Of a stretch of 64,000 bases of DNA, positions 36,403 to 48,304 are shown piece after piece; positions within the stretch are counted from its first letter, which is position 1; every line of letters begins with the position of its first letter. Origin of the DNA: Squalus acanthias. Its lineage: Eukaryota. The notes beneath the pieces are model-generated. The model was not told the origin of the DNA and made no database searches. It saw only the letters and a list, made by a program, of their open reading frames with translations. Location of the stretch: assembly GCA_030390025.1 (NCBI GenBank), contig CM059432.1:96536001-96600000 (forward strand), given 5' to 3'. Both the position numbers and the translations under genes were made by a program.

Positions 36403-39400
36403 TCACCGCGTCCCTTTTTCCTTACTGTCCGGTTGGGACCTCTTGCGGCTCGGGGTCGGTGTGTGAGGAGGCATCCAAGGCACCCGAGGTCGGGGTGTTC
36501 GCATACTCCTTCTCACCGCTCCGCTCTCTGGGTTTTTGTCATCATCCCACAACATGGGAGAAAAACTTACATTGGTCAAACTCATGATCGTTCCCTGGGC
36601 AGGTTCGTTTTATTCCCCTCTTCCTGGGGTCATAGCGTTTACATTGATTAATGTGGAACCACTTTGTCCGTTTTGGCAGCTGCACTGCGTAAACCATAGG
36701 GCTTGCCTTGTCCACAATACTGTACGGCCCCATGTACAGTGGCTCGAAAGCCCCTACCCGGGCTTAATTTCTCACCATGACCTGGTCCCCTACCTTCCAC
36801 TCCTGTACTTTCTGTGGCTCTAACAGCATTCTATTCTTCTGGTGCTGGCTTCCCATGTTATTTGCAGCTTCCCATTGTACTTTCCTCAAGGTCTCATACA
36901 GGTCTTTTACGAACCTGTCCCGGTTGACCTCCCTCGTTTGAGCTTCGATCAGGACTGGTACCAACACATGAGTCGGAGTCCTCATCGCCCTACCGGCCAT
37001 CAGCTCATACGGAGAGTATCCTGTGCTTTTGGAGAGGCTGGCCCTGATATTCATGAGAACTAGAGGCAGGACCTCGTCCCATTTCTTTGGGTACCCCCCT
37101 ATCTCCTTCCTAAGCCTTTCCTTTAAGGTCCGGTTCATCCTTTCCAGTATTCCCGATGATTGGGGTTTGTGGGCCACACGCCATTTTCCCTGTGTCCCTA
37201 AAAGTTTCAGGGTGGTCTTCATGACTTGTCCTGTGAAATGGCTCCCCTGATCTGATTCCACTACCTGGGGCAATCCCCATCGGGAGAACACGTCACTTAC
37301 TAGGGTCTTAGCCGTGTTTAACGCTGTGGCTGTTCGACAAGGGAAGGTCTCAACCCACTTAGAGAAAACGTCCAGATCGGTACGGGTCCCAAAGTACTCC
37401 CTCCCTGGCCCCCTTTTTTGCCAACTCATCGGCCTTCTGGTTACCTTTCCATTTAGGCTTGGTTTCTGAGTGCACCTTTACTTTTTGAATGTAATACTCC
37501 CCTTTATTGCCCGTAACGCCCAGGATTGTGTTCAGCAGTGGGACGATTACTAACGGTTTCCCGTCGGTGGACTTGAATCCTCGTCTAGCCCATATTGCCA
37601 GATATTCAGTGCAAGAATTGCACATGAACATCAAGTCTGAGCATATTGTGCAGGGGGTTGGGAATTCCTCGGGATGCATGACCACATAAGCTACAGCCGC
37701 CAGCTTGGCCTGCTGTGCGCTCAGTGTGCTGGGGAGTTTGATGGCTTTTTCTATTCCAGCCCCTGGGTCATAAATTCCACACCCTGTCCTACGCTCTCCA
37801 TTTGTCACCGAGCTGGACCCATCCACATCTATATCTCTCCCTGTCGGATGTTGCCCGGCCCGGAATCCCACGTCTACATCCCATACCCCTTCTACCGTGC
37901 ACACGTGATTCATCCCTGGATAAATCATGTTCAAGGCCAGCTTAGGATTTGCCAATCTCTCCACCCTCAGGTTCATCTGGGAGAGTAGCAATGTCCAGCG
38001 GGCAATACGACTGCTACTCACTGTCCCATCTTTGATCCTCCCATTCAATAGCATCTGTGTCCGGGGTATGACGTGTCAGTAAGGTTATTAAAGATGACCC
38101 TGTGAATAATTGGAAACGTTTGACTGCCAATAGCTCGCCAAAAGGTGTCTTTCAGAGTTCGAGTAACCCCTCTCTACATCTGTCAGGACTCGGGAGGCAT
38201 AAGCCACTGGCCTCAACTTGTCATGCTGTTCTTGGAGCAACACTGCACTCAAACTATCCCCAGTAGCTGCTACCTCCAGATAAAAATCTTCGTTCCCGTT
38301 TATTGCTCCTAGTGTGGGTGCAGTTTGTAAATTTTCCTTTAGGCGAGTAAATGCTTCCTTACACTCTCATCCCATTTCCTAAGGAGTCTGAGCAAAGAGG
38401 CTGCCGTGGCTGCATAGCCTTCAATAAAATCCCTGCAATACCGTGTCATACCAAGAAAAGATCTCACCCCGTTAGACTTTTTGGAGCGGGTAGTTCCTGC
38501 ACTGCCCTCCTCTTCGCCTTGTCTATAGCCCTTTCCCCTGCCCTAATCGTCAATCCTAAGAATTTCACCTCCGCCTGTCCTATTTGGGCTTTCTTGGGGT
38601 TTGCCTTAAACCCTGCCTCCCCCAACAGCTTTAGTAGCTCGTCCAGTAGTGGCTCGTGGTCCTCTGCACTTTCTGAGAATAATAATAGGTCATCCACGTA
38701 CTGGATCAACTGGCTAGGCTGACTGAAATTCTTTAAAGCATTAGCCATACACTGATGGAAAATTGAGGGACTTTTATGAAACCCTTGTGGGAGGCACGTC
38801 CACGTATACTGTTGCCCTTTGAATGTAAAGGCAAATTTATACTGATCCTCCCATCTTACCGGGATAGACCAGAACCCGTTAGCTATGTCCAATACAGTGA
38901 ACGTCGTTGCCTCTGCAGGGATATTCCCTATTAGATCGGCTACTGCTGCTACCGTGGGCGCGCATGCTGTTATACCTTTATTGAGAACCCGGTAGTCTAC
39001 CGTGGTTCTCCATGACTGATCGGGCTTCTTAACTGGCCATAGGGGTGAATTTACATGGGTCACTATCGGTCTCAGTACCCCTTGTTCCACGAGGGAGCTC
39101 AGTGCAGTTTCCATGTCCTTCTCTGCCTCCCGGGGAAAACTATACTGTTTCTGAGGTTGCGACATTGGGTCCCCATGTACCTCCACCTCTACCCCAGTTA
39201 CCCTTCCGCAGTCATGTCGGTGAGTGGCGAACACTGCGAGATTATTTTTCACATACCCCCGATACCTTTCCGGGGTGCTACGGATCAATTGTTCCAAGTC
39301 ATAGCTTCCCTTCAGTTTCATAGTACAGGCGCTACCTTTCACTTTCTCCGCCTTGGGGATAACTAAAACTTCCTCAGGTTTATCTGAACCAACCGCCCCC

Positions 39401-39771
39401 CATAGACAGTGGTTTCCCATATCCACGATCACACAGTGGGCCAGCATAAAATCAGCTCCGAGGACCCCCGCGCCGGGCTGATCCCATTGCATCAGTACAC
39501 ATTCCCACTTAGCGACAAGGGGTCCTAACCCTATAGACAAAGGTTTCGATACCGCCCCAGTCTGCTCATTCCCTGTGAAACCCACTAACTTAAATGGGAC
39601 CCTGCTCGACCATGGAGAAGTGGTCGGGTTTGGTGAGTGAACCACCGTACTGGAAGTTCCGGTGTCCACCAGATACTTTCCCCGAACGACCTCTACCCTG
39701 ATCTCTACACAAGGTCTGCCCCACTCATCGTAGGTGAGCGGGCACAGGTACTCGGGATGGGTGCGTCCTAG
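36403..39771 (-). pseudogene. pol: pol: aspartic protease, RT, tether (degenerate RNase H), RNase H, integrase with GPY motif
   Basis: LVDTG, NSPLWPVKKPD, LDIANGFW, LPQGFHKSP, YVDD, RPVAYASRVL, VDGSS..SAQQAKL..GNQKADELAK, SDQGSHF, ERMNRTLK, GPY. Confidence 0.93.
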
Positions 39772-41424
39772 TCATGGGAGAAGTGGGGGCACGCTGGGCT
39801 TTTCACTGCATACGGCAGCGTCCAGTTTTCCCTGGTCTTTGCTCATAACCTGCCGTAACACGGTCACTAGAAGTTCCACCGGGTTTTCTACCCTCTCCTT
39901 CCCCGCCTCTACTACCCGCGATTTTGACCCTGAGGGACCCCCATATCCTGGTTTTTCCCTTTTTGGGAACTTCACTCCCTGTTTCAGTGTCCCATTCTAC
40001 CACAGTTAAAGCACACCTGGGATCTGTCCACCTTACCCCCCTCCTGCTTCCATTCTTTTCTACCATCCACGCTTCCCTTCATCTCGTGTACTTTTCATTT
40101 TTGTTTATTCTCCTCCCCTCGGTCGGATTTAAAAGCCAAAGTCAGTTTCCTTAACATGCCTGGCTCTGTATTATTAACATCCTCAGAGTCGAACCATGAT
40201 TCCCTCCTAGCCCTGATCCGTGGCAGGCTGTTATCCACTAGGGTCCTCAACCAATGATTCCTGGAAGCCCCTAACAACTGTGCTCGGGCTAGATTTCCCC
40301 CCGTTGCTTTCAGATACACGGGCCACAACCTGCCTGTGAATGCATCCGGTGCCTCGCCAGCCAGCTGTCTGGTCTGCTCGACCTGCAAGAACGGGCTGCC
40401 CTGGCTATGTCCCAGCGCCTTAAAATTTCGTCCTTTACCCCGTCCAGGGTACCCCCTCCTAACTTAATTGCTGTCGACAAACCCTGGTACAGCTTCCCAT
40501 CTAAAGAGAACAGTATCAGCTTTTTCCGTTTGTCGTCGTCACAATTATTGATCCCTCCTATCTGCTCTACATTGGCAAAATGAACAGAGGCATCCCCTCC
40601 GTGCTTCAGTTTTGGCACACTGGACAGCATTTACTGCAACTGAAGGGACGTATAGGGAAGCACATAATCACTCTGCAATGGCCCCTGACCGCCGCCTTAT
40701 GGGGGTGGACCGAACCTTTGCTGTCGCAGGGGACACATCGGTCCCGGTGGTCCCTGTGCTTCGGGAGTCGGTCGAACTTCTCTATACTGGATCCCATCAT
40801 CGGGCTCCTTTTCCTCCTCATTCCAGTCTACCCCAACTTCCCTTGGTTGCATGAGACAAACCATAGCCCTGGCTCTGGATAATGCTAGGGTCAACTTACG
40901 GCCTCTTCATGTACCCGGTTTTTGGCTACCCTGTATGCCACCTTTATATCTTTTAACTGCTCCTCAGCCTTGTCAGCTCTCTCTGAGTTTCTATTACCTT
41001 CCTCACGCTGAGCCTAACACTGCCTTCTACTTTCGGTGACCTGACATTGCAGATACTCTAACGTGTTTCTAGCTGTTTCTTCCTGCGCTTTTCTCTTCTG
41101 CCTTTCAAAGCTCAAATCTTCTGTCAGCCGGTTCACTACGGCCTCTCTCTCTCCTGCCCTACTTTCTGATTCCTGTTTCTCTTTTCCTAAATGCTCAACT
41201 TTTTCCGTGAGCATCTGAATTTGTTTCTGCATACATATTAGACAAATCACCTTTTCCTTCGATTTCTTATGTATACTACTACACGTCCACACTACCGCTT
41301 TCTCATACGGACTGTCAGAGTGTAACATTTCCTGCACCCAGTGCTCGGAAATGTTTACTTTCCCAAACACATACGAGGATATCCTATCCTCCATCGTGGG
41401 TTTCTTGCACTTAACCCTGTCCAT
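39772..41424 (-). pseudogene. gag: gag: N-terminal coiled coil, capsid-like region, single CCHC knuckle; disrupted
   Basis: Heptad-rich N-terminus; QLAGEAPDAFTGRL (MHR-like); CFNCGRMGH*NRE at ~39970-40013. Confidence 0.8.
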
Positions 41425-41446
41425 AATTTTGTTCTAAACCTTGACG

Positions 41447-41464
41447 TCCTGCCGCCGGTCACCA
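41447..41464 (-). promoter_or_regulatory. Putative primer-binding site, tRNA unassigned
   Basis: TGGTGACCGGCGGCAGGA begins after a 5-nt spacer following the 5' LTR CA. Confidence 0.6.
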
Positions 41465-41469
41465 GATTC

Positions 41470-42762
41470 TGTAAGGGGTTTTCTCCGATATTGGTCCCTC
41501 GTTACACACAGTTGTTGGACGTCAGGATTTATAAGAACAAAATACACATGGCACAGGGTTTTGGGCTCAACCTTTGATTCGTTCATTTATTGAACACACA
41601 CACACAATTACTTCCCCAGTATAAATCACTATGATTTATATCAGGCTAACAACCCCAAAATACAAACCCCTACGCAAGGGTCATTTGCATCGACACAATA
41701 TGACACAGTTAAACCCGTCCGCGATTTGACTGTTACATATAAAGTTATCCAGACTCAATCACAAAACCCTTATTGTGATCTGACTGAAACTCACAAACTC
41801 ACTCAGAATCAATCATAAAAACCCCCTCTTTTGGTCCGTGCCTTTTCCCTTTTTTTCTCTCTCTCCCCCCACGGCAGCTGTCTCTGATTCTGCCAGCATT
41901 TCACACCTTACCTTTTGTTTCTCAACCTGTCCCATTACCATCTCGTCTTGCCTTGAGCATCTCTTAATGTCTCTACTCACTAAAGACCATCCCTTTTGTT
42001 CTTTTATTCCTCCCCCCAGCCTCCCCCTTGCATTTTTATCTGTTTAATTTCTTGCTCTTTCAGTTCCGACGAAGGGTTTCGACCTGAAACGTTAACTCTC
42101 TTTCTCTCTCCACGGATGTTGCCTGGCCTGCTGAGTTTTTCCAGCGTTTTCTGTTGTTATTTCGGATTTCCAGCATCCGCAGTATTTTGCTATCATAAAA
42201 GCCCCCTCTATGATTTGACTGAAACATACAATCACCACTCCCGATCGGCTGTCTCTTGGAGTTGATTGTAGGCCCGAATCTTTCTGTTTGCTGTTCTGCC
42301 GTCGGCTTCCCACACACCGCCTTCGAAGTGCTCTTACTTTAAACCAAAACCAACTTGCAGTATTTCCTGGCTCTCTGCTGAGCATACGATTCATTTCAAA
42401 ATGTGTGAATTGTCCCTGGTATTGTCCATTGATTTGAGATATCTTTCTGACAATGCAACCTTCCCAAAGTGACTGCATATGCGAAGTTCTTGGTTTCTGT
42501 TAGCATTCGTATTCAAAAGGCCCATTGTGTAGGCCTGCACTGAAACTGGTTATTCAGGGGCCATGGTCTAAGTTGGACAATGTAACCTCTTAAGGCACAT
42601 GAATATGCGGATGTTCTTGTTCAGATTTTAGATTCGTAGTTTCGGCTGCCATGTTTGAATTAACCCTTTATTGCCGAGCCCTTTTTGCGGGCTCTGCAGT
42701 TCTGGGTTTTTATATTTCATAGTCCAATATTTTTACTGTGAAGGGGAGGAATCGATCCTACA
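41470..42762 (-). repeat. 5' LTR, interrupted by a Penelope-like insertion
   Basis: Direct repeat of 32912-33829 plus a 362-bp insert and its TSD. Confidence 0.95.
41830..42191 (+). mobile_element. Penelope-like 3' fragment inside the 5' LTR
   Basis: 18-bp TSD atcataaaa(a/g)ccccctct (41812-41829, 42192-42209); absent from the 3' LTR; hammerhead-like CCGACGA..GAAACGTT. Confidence 0.82.
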
Positions 42763-43692
42763 GTTCTTTCCAAAGATCTCGTCGAACCTGTTGTGACCGT
42801 CGGCCCTGCAGCAAGTAAGAGCGGTCACGATATGTAAGTTTGAATGATAAATTGGGATAACCATAGACTAGTTAGTATAATGTTAGTTATTGCAAACTCT
42901 TAGAATCCATAATACAAGATCAAATTAGCAAGCATTTAGAGATGCATGAGATAATCAAAGACAGTGAGCATGGATTTAATAAAGGCAAATTGCATTGATA
43001 AATTTAACACAGTTTTTAGAATAAGTTGCTGAGTGTATAGCTAAAGGAAATTCTGTACATCCAGTGTATTTGGCTTTTCAAAAAGCATTCAATAAGGTGT
43101 TTCACAGGATGCTTGCTACAAAAATAAGGTGGTAATGTAGCAGCATGGATTTAGTCGCAAATTCGCCGGCGCTCAGAGGGCGGGTTAGGAGGCGGGTCGA
43201 TAGTGAAAATCTAAATGATTGACGGCGGGTTGTGAACTCGCCGCCATTCCACCTCCACACTACTTTGGCAAGTGTCGGGTCAGCGAGTCCCGATCTGACC
43301 CGACACCAAACGGCGGGAGAGGCACTTAAGGCAGTTAACAGCTTGTTCACTGCCTTGCTAATCTTATTTTAACTGCCTGTTGCGATTTTGCAGCTTTTTC
43401 TGCGTGTTGTCCATCGTCAGACAAACGTGCCAGCTGTATTGTGCCGGGTTTAGCGAGGACCTGAATTGTTGGCAGCTGCTCCAGCAGCTTAAAAGCGGTC
43501 CTACAACATGGCTGAGTTTCAGATGCCACAACTTAGTGCTTCGAGGTTTTGGGACACATTTTTCAGCTCTACTGATCTTCTGAGTATTCAAGCTGAAATC
43601 CAGCTGCAGTGTGACCTCCTTGGAAAACCCTCTGGCCACTTTGGCTGAGTGCAAACAACCTCTATTCCTCGACTGAGATATATACCCGCGGT

Positions 43693-44975
43693 ATGGGAAC
43701 CGTTTATATCCTCTCATCCTGGTCATCAGATTCAGGAGGAAGAGCAGCCGCGGCAGCAGCACAGCCAGGCACAGCAGCAGCACCAGCACCAGGAGCACCA
43801 ACCTCCTCCTCAGCCACCTGATGCTGCACAGGGCAGAGCGTGTCAGCGCAGGGCTGCATCTCGCCGCAGGAGATACCCCCAACACCGGGTTTACAGGCAG
43901 AGGATGAGCTTCCTCAACATGAGTGAGCAGCAGTGCCAAAGGAGGCTGAGACTTTCGCGAGAGGTAGTCGCTGACATCTGCACGATGCTGCACCAACACC
44001 TGGAGCCCAGAGGAGTGGGTGGACACTCCTTACCAGTGGCTGTCAAAGTCACCACCTCACTCAACTTCTTTGCTTCGGGCTCCTTCCAGGGATCAGCAGC
44101 AGACATCAGCGGCCTCTCCCAGTCGGCCGCACACACCTGCATCACGCAGGTTACCGATGCCCTCTTTGCAAAGTAGCACAATTACATCCACTTCTCCATG
44201 GATGAAGCAAGTGTGACCGCGCGTGCGGTTGGCTTTGTAAATATGGCAGGCTTGCCAAGGGTGCAGGGCGTCATAGACTGCACACATGTGGCCATTAGGG
44301 CACCCCATCACAACCCAGCTGTATTTGTCAACCGCAAGGGCTTCCACTCCCTTAACGTCCAGCTGGTGTGTAACCACAGGAAGGACATTATGCATGTTTG
44401 CGCCAAGTTCCCTGGCAGTTGCCATGACTCCATCCTGCGGCAGTCTACTGTGCCTCAGCTCTTCAATCCACCAACGCAACTTTCCCGATGGCTGCTTGGC
44501 GACAAGGGCTATCCCCTGAAAAAGTGGCTCATGACACCGATGAGGAGGCCATCAAACGAGGCTGAGGAGCGGCACAATGTGAGCCACATTTCCACCAGAA
44601 GCATCATAGAGCAAATCATGGCTTGCTCAAAATGCGATTCCGATGCCTCGACAGATCTGGTGGAGCCCTGTAGTATGCCAGGGTCTCCAGAATCATCATG
44701 GTCTGCTGTTCCCTGCACAACATTGCACAGCAGTGTGGCTTAGCACTGCCTGAGGAACAAGTGGCTCAGCGCACAGCCTCCTCGGAAGAAGAGGAGGACA
44801 AGGAGGAGGACAAGGAGGAGGATGAGGAGGAGGAGGAGGATGAGGAGGAGGACGTGGAGGCGGAGGAGGAGGAGGAGCCACACCTTGGCTGGATGTGGCC
44901 AATCCAGCAGCAGGCAACCACACTGCTGCCATCAGGCAAGGGATGCACTCATCCATGCCAGATTCGCAAAAGCTT
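43693..44975 (+). pseudogene. Harbinger C transposase pseudogene, copy 2
   Basis: [27 protein letters not shown]; stop at 44174-44176 and frameshifts; poly-E tail. Confidence 0.9.
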
Positions 44976-45256
44976 ACGCTTCAACCACAGGTGGCTGGCA
45001 GATGGAGATGAATGTCAGGACGAGCTTCTTAACATGCCATACATCATCTGTCAAATAAACGGTGCTTTCCTATCACTCTCACCACCATCATTACAAATGC
45101 AAATAGCCCTGATCCCTCACTGTGCAACTTCCATTTCTCAGCACACATAGGCCAATACTTCAAATCTTTGCCATCACTTTTCTTTAATGCAATTACAATC
45201 TGGATGACAAGCGATATTTTTCACACAATAAAACACCCTTGTGACTACCCTTGTGA

Positions 45257-47168
45257 CTATATGTGTGTTAACTTCCTCTTACGCGTGCTTCTACGTGGTG
45301 CTTCCCCTGTGGCTTCAGCAGATGTAGAGGCACCTTGTTCACTTTGATGCTGCACCTGTGTAGACGCCTTTGGCGGGCATCCTCTGGGTTTGGGAGCCTG
45401 GGAGGGCTCCACAAAAGTCTGCTCTTCCTGCGGCTGTGCAGGGGCTGAGATGGCCATCTCAGTTGGGTGCCAAATCTGGGGCTCTGACCGAGGGCTCCGC
45501 AGTGGCATGGTCATGTGAGCGCTTGGAGAGTAGCCCACACTTCCTTGTTGTCGGCCACCAACATACCTCTCATGGGTCACCTGCACTTCACTGCTAGCAA
45601 GTGGCTGGGGAGCACCTTGCTGCACATCAGTGGAGCCATGAGGACCCATTTCTGTACTGACAGTCCTCATAATGGGGATGTCCATGTACCTCTGGTTCCT
45701 CTTCTCAATAGATGCCCAACTATCCTCCATAGCGGACCATCTATTTAGAAGAGTCACCATGCTCTGTTGAGTCTCAAAATTTATGTCCTCCAAGGAGGTT
45801 GCCACCCTCTCCATGGTGGCACATTCATGCACCATTGGCTCCACCATGGCAGTGCTCATGTTTGAGATGGACTACTCCATTCTCTGCACACTCGCAGTTA
45901 CCATGGATGCAAAACCTGTCAGACACTCCTGCACTTGTTGCTGAAGTTCCAGCACCACTCTCTTTCTGGGTGGCCCAAAGGCACAGCATCTGCATGCAGC
46001 TGAGCAGAGCTAGGAGAGTCCTGCGACCTCCGATGAGGACTCTCCACTGCTGTCCCTGTCTCCACCATCTGCTGATGCTCACTTGTGAGCTGTGATACAC
46101 CAGGTGACAACACTACTCTATGTGGTGAAGGTCCCACCGAGGTGTGCGTCTCTGTGCTGGTGCTGGGTGCGCTGGGTTCTGGTGACGCTGCTCCCTCAGA
46201 GGCTGCAGGCTCCTCTGAGGAGTCGTCTTCCTCTTCCTCCTGGACAGTGGGGAGGGGGGCTCTCAATGGTCCTGTGGGAGAGTAAAGGTATGAGTTAGAC
46301 ATCTGATATTTAGGTAGCAGACACATCCTATTGTGCAGATGATCAAAAGTCAATCTCTATGAACATCATTTGCCATTTCAGTCAATCATGAAATCTAAAT
46401 GAGAGGGTTTAAAATCTATTCTGTCACCAGCTTCATCTAATGTGTCCGTCTCTTCGTCCCCCACGTCCAGCTCCTCACCACCTCCCACGATCTCCTGAGC
46501 AGCCTCCTCAGCACTAGTCAACGTCACAAGGGATGGTGGCCTTCCTCCTGTCTTTGCTCTCTCCCTCTTATTGTGGGTTATCTTTTCCTGCAAGGAGGGA
46601 CACAAGTTGAGTTTCATCGAGATTGATGGAGTGAGTGTGAAGAATCCATAACATAGAAGCTTAAAGGGAGGCCAAGATGGAATGAGGTGCCAAGAGGAAG
46701 GAGCCACCCTGTGCGTTGTTAGTTGTTGTCATTGCATAACAGTGAGAGCGAGTGTGAGGGGTGCAGAGTAGGACGGTGAAGTGATTCAGTACATAGAGAG
46801 AGATGGATAGGTAAGGGTGCAAGGGAAGTAAGGGTAAGGTGGGATGTGGAGGAGCAGGCTGACAATGCAGAGTGCTGGTGATGAGAAGAGAAGGGAAGCA
46901 GAGTGAAGGTAAGTGTGATGTGATACTCACTTTTGATGAGCGCAGAACATCATTGAAGCGTTTTCGGCACTGGACACGTGTGTGAGCAAACTGACCTAGC
47001 GCTGACCTCCTCAGCAATTTGCAGCCAGGCTGCCTTTGTTTGCTGAGGAGGCTTCCTCCGGCCATCACGAGGGAACAGGATGTCCCTGCGCCCTCTAACT
47101 CCCTCCACAAGAGTTTGGAGGGAGTCTTCAGCAAACCTTGGAGAAGCCTTTGCCCTTGCAGCAGTCAT
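45257..47168 (-). pseudogene. Harbinger C Myb/SANT partner pseudogene (3 exons)
   Basis: MTAARAKASPRFAEDSLQTLVEGV..AWLQIAEEVS..QCRKRFND; ends RRSTRKRKLTHI. Confidence 0.85.
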
Positions 47169-47544
47169 AATGAGCTGGACGATTCCCAGAGCAGCAGTAA
47201 GGAAATGAGAAGCTAAGGCTACATGGAGTCCTTTAAAAACAACTGAATGAGTGACATCAGCAGAGGCGAGCAGAGACCCGCTCCCACTCATTGGGCCGGG
47301 TAGCGTGCACGGCGGGCTTAATGAGCCCACTTAACTCAAAATCTAGATTGAGGAGCGGCTGAAACCAGCAGCGGGACCGGAACCCACCCACCAGGCAACC
47401 CTACTCCAACCCGCCTCCTCCATTAAATTCGCGGCCAAAGTGAGGTGATAGAAAAGAAACAGAGTTAGAGTAAATGGATGTTGCTCAGACTGGAGAAGGG
47501 TTAGAAGTGATGTAACCAAGAGATCAGTGTTGGGTCTTTCTTGT

Positions 47545-48170
47545 CATTCACAGGATGTGGATGTCGCTAGCAAGGCTGGCATTTATTGCCCATCCCTAAT
47601 TACCCTTGAGGAGGTGATGGTGAGCTGCCTTCTTGAACCACTGTAGTCCGTGTGGCGAAGGTACACCCACAGTGCAGTTAGGGAGGGAGTTCAGGATTTT
47701 GACCCAGCGACGATGAAGGAACGGCAATATATTTCCAAGGCAGGATGGTGTGTAACTTGGAGGTGATGGATTCCAATGCGGCTGCTGCCCTTGTCCTTCT
47801 AGGTGGTAGAGGTTGCGGGTTTGGGAGGTGCTGACAAAGAAGCCTTGGTGAGTTGCTGCAGTGCATCTTGTAGATGGTACACACTGCAGCCACGGTACAC
47901 CGGTGGTGGAGGGAGTGAATGTTTAAGATGGTGGATGAGGTGCCAATCAAGTGGGCTGCATTGCCCTGGATGGTGTCGAGCTTCTTGAGTGTTGTTGAGC
48001 TGCACTCATCCAGGCAAGTGGAGAGTATTCCATCACACTCATGACTTATGCCTTGTAGATGGTGGAAAGGCTTTGGGGAGTCAGGGGGTGAGGCACTCGC
48101 CACAGAATACCTATCCTCTGACCTGCTCTTGTTGCCAAGTATTTATGTGGCTGGTCCAGTTAAGTTTCTT
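47545..48170 (-). mobile_element. 3' fragment of CR1-group LINE family B
   Basis: LKKLDTIQ..IGTSSTILNIHSLHH..AAVCTIYKMHC. Confidence 0.85.
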
Positions 48171-48304
48171 GTCTACTTTTGTGCTCAATATATATATACA
48201 GATGATTTGGACTAGGGTATAGGGTTCACATTCTTTAAATTTGTTGATGAGACAAATGAGGAGGACTGTAAAAGAATTCAGGAGAACCTGGCAAGTTAAT
48301 GGAA

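Larger units (their letters stand above)
32912..42762 (-). mobile_element. Endogenous retrovirus, lokiretrovirus-like, with both LTRs; defective
   Basis: Paired LTRs TGTA..TACA, TSD GTTC (32908-32911 and 42763-42766), PBS-like and PPT sites, gag-pro-RT-RH-RH-IN-env order. Confidence 0.92.
43153..47436. mobile_element. Harbinger family C, copy 2, full length, decayed
   Basis: Termini AGTCGCAAATT / AAATTCGCGGCC; convergent transposase and Myb genes; TSD not clear. Confidence 0.88.

Noticed and set aside
38464..39669. Foamy virus assignment based on YVDD RT
   Set aside because: A Gag CCHC knuckle, in-frame gag-pol junction, F-like env and no accessory region between env and the LTR argue against a spumavirus
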